The position numbers and the translations under genes are program-made. Shown piece after piece: positions 26,195 to 27,545 of a stretch of DNA of 27,545 nucleotides. The notes below the pieces were generated by a model that worked only from the letters and a program-made list of their open reading frames with translations, searched no databases and was not told the DNA's origin. The stretch spans positions 1 through 27,545 of the IMG/VR virus record IMGVR_UViG_3300021408_000050; one strand, given 5' to 3'. This DNA is from a virus. Taxonomy: Duplodnaviria; Caudoviricetes. Within the stretch, counting starts at the first letter, position 1. The number at the start of each line of letters is the position of its first letter.

Positions 26195-27193
26195 ATGAAC
26201 AGCAATTCAAGAGTCCGCACAGAACGCGGTGCCGGGAACCGTGTGGTTGGGTATTCCTCGACGAAGCATGCATACTCAGACAAAATTATCTCTGACAAAA
26301 GTCTTCCGATGCGGTGCCGGGTGGAACACGCAGTCCGTCGTTACGTGAAAGAAAACCGGCACTGCCCTCTCTTCGGCAAGAAAAGTCTTTACCAACTGCT
26401 CGGGGCTACGACTCCAGCAGAGCAGCGGGCAGTGCGTCGAGCGATCGATGAGCTTAAGAAAGAAAACTTTCTTGCTACAGAATCTAGTGCCCGTTGTCTC
26501 GTTGCGATGTCTGGTGCCTGTGATTCTCATCTTGATGTAGAGCCGTGCTTCCACGACAATCCGTCTGAGGTCAGGAAGGCGGAGCAGGAATACGCACGCG
26601 AGAACAAGCTTGCGCCTGCCTCTGAGAAGCTGTCTGCCTCCAGGACACTCAGGCGTACCAGGACGCATCCTCAGGCTGTTACAGAGCTTCCTGTGGCTTC
26701 TGCTGCTCTGGCAGAAAACAAGCCTGTAATGGTTCATGAAAAAATCTCTGAGGCTCCGGACATTATCCGTCCGGAAGCTAAGCCTGTCCGTCGAGTGAAA
26801 CGTAAGAAGCCTGCGGACATCTCACGTCCGGAAGTACGTGCGGACAATAAGTGTCCGGACCCTGAGAAGAAAAAGAAGTTCCGTATCGTTAGGAAGGCTG
26901 CGGACGTTATCAGTCCGGAGGTAGTAGCACGCAGGGAATCTTTCAGGGCCCTGACAACGGAAGAAAAGTTTGCTTCTCTGTCAGCAAGTATTAATTCTTC
27001 ACTTCCTCCAGGCATGAGTAAGACTCGCGAAATAGAGCGGGAAGAGAAAAAGAGGCAGCTAACGAAAGACAGGCAGGAGTTTCTTCGGATCTACGACGAC
27101 ACCACGGCACAATGGATGGTCGGACACTGGGACGAACACCAGGTTCAAGAAGATTTTTACAACTGGAAGATCAAGAAAATGGGAGCTGCATAA
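26195..27193 (+). CDS. wHTH-containing protein, putative replication initiator
   Basis: GGGAGG RBS; 'KKSLYQLLG...RAVRRAIDELKKENFL' wHTH-like; carries internal palindrome array; next to candidate origin. Confidence 0.6.
   Translation: MNSNSRVRTERGAGNRVVGYSSTKHAYSDKIISDKSLPMRCRVEHAVRRYVKENRHCPLFGKKSLYQLLGATTPAEQRAVRRAIDELKKENFLATESSARCLVAMSGACDSHLDVEPCFHDNPSEVRKAEQEYARENKLAPASEKLSASRTLRRTRTHPQAVTELPVASAALAENKPVMVHEKISEAPDIIRPEAKPVRRVKRKKPADISRPEVRADNKCPDPEKKKKFRIVRKAADVISPEVVARRESFRALTTEEKFASLSASINSSLPPGMSKTREIEREEKKRQLTKDRQEFLRIYDDTTAQWMVGHWDEHQVQEDFYNWKIKKMGAA
26757..26917. repeat. Array 2: four CGGAC(A/G)-N5-(C/T/A)GTCCG palindromes inside the CDS
   Basis: Units at 26757-26773, 26814-26830, 26841-26857, 26901-26917. 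Confidence 0.85.
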
Positions 27194-27372
27194 TGCCAAA
27201 GCGAATCGTTCGTAAGAAGAAAGCTCAAGTTGATGATCGAAAAGTACACGCTATTTATGAGATCTTTCGCGGTGTCATGTGGGAAGCGATAAATGATACG
27301 TTCCCGGAAATTATTTCTGACCACAAGAAATTTACCGTAGAAGAAATCAAGCGGCTAATTATTGAATGTTAA
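27193..27372 (+). CDS. Small hypothetical protein, possibly truncated by a premature TAA (frame stays open to 27459)
   Basis: TAATG coupling, GGGAG RBS; readthrough completes a CxxH...CxxC motif. Confidence 0.6.
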   Translation: MPKRIVRKKKAQVDDRKVHAIYEIFRGVMWEAINDTFPEIISDHKKFTVEEIKRLIIEC

Positions 27373-27457
27373 GTTCACAACACTACAAATAAAAACTGTG
27401 CAGTGTGTGCACGGGCTGACTCTTTCAAAATCTCTATTGAGATTCTGTCGCAACAAT

Positions 27458-27519
27458 AAAAAAAAAGATGGTCCTCCTGATTCCCAGAGCGCATCAGCTA
27501 AGGAACCAGAAGGACCACC
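27458..27519 (-). terminator. Intrinsic terminator of a leftward transcript entering from beyond the window
   Basis: Hairpin 27467-27519 whose + strand C/A mismatches become G-U pairs on the - strand; followed by a 9-U run on the - strand. Confidence 0.75.
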
Positions 27520-27545
27520 ACTCACCGGGTGAACGGGAGTAGGGT

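Overview
This window is part of a tailed dsDNA siphovirus genome with an actinobacteriophage-type (most likely Streptomyces-infecting) gene set and an unusually low GC content of about 50% (estimated by eye). Bases 1513-21926 (+) hold a complete virion morphogenesis operon: terminases, portal, MuF-like protein, scaffold, major capsid, a fibre and two Ig-domain proteins, head-tail connectors, major tail, frameshifting tail chaperone, tape measure and two minor tail proteins. A leftward block of small genes follows (22009-25083), including a lipoprotein and an Sm/Hfq-like protein. Next come a divergent RHH regulator and a candidate replication region with two wHTH proteins. No lysis genes, integrase, tRNA or CRISPR array were recognised. 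The most notable signals are: (1) two arrays of four CGGAC-N7-GTCCG palindromes, one intergenic beside an AT-rich tract and one inside the putative initiator gene; (2) a KK-x-RI[VI]RK peptide shared by about 7 unrelated proteins; (3) an identical 13-nt start region on both assembly-chaperone genes, with its complement in a minus-strand hairpin; (4) a single in-frame TTA codon among all called genes, in the lipoprotein signal peptide; (5) a TATACACCC intergenic motif linking the RHH locus to late genes; (6) shuffled docking-peptide/Ig modules in virion proteins. All calls are by eye, with no database searches.
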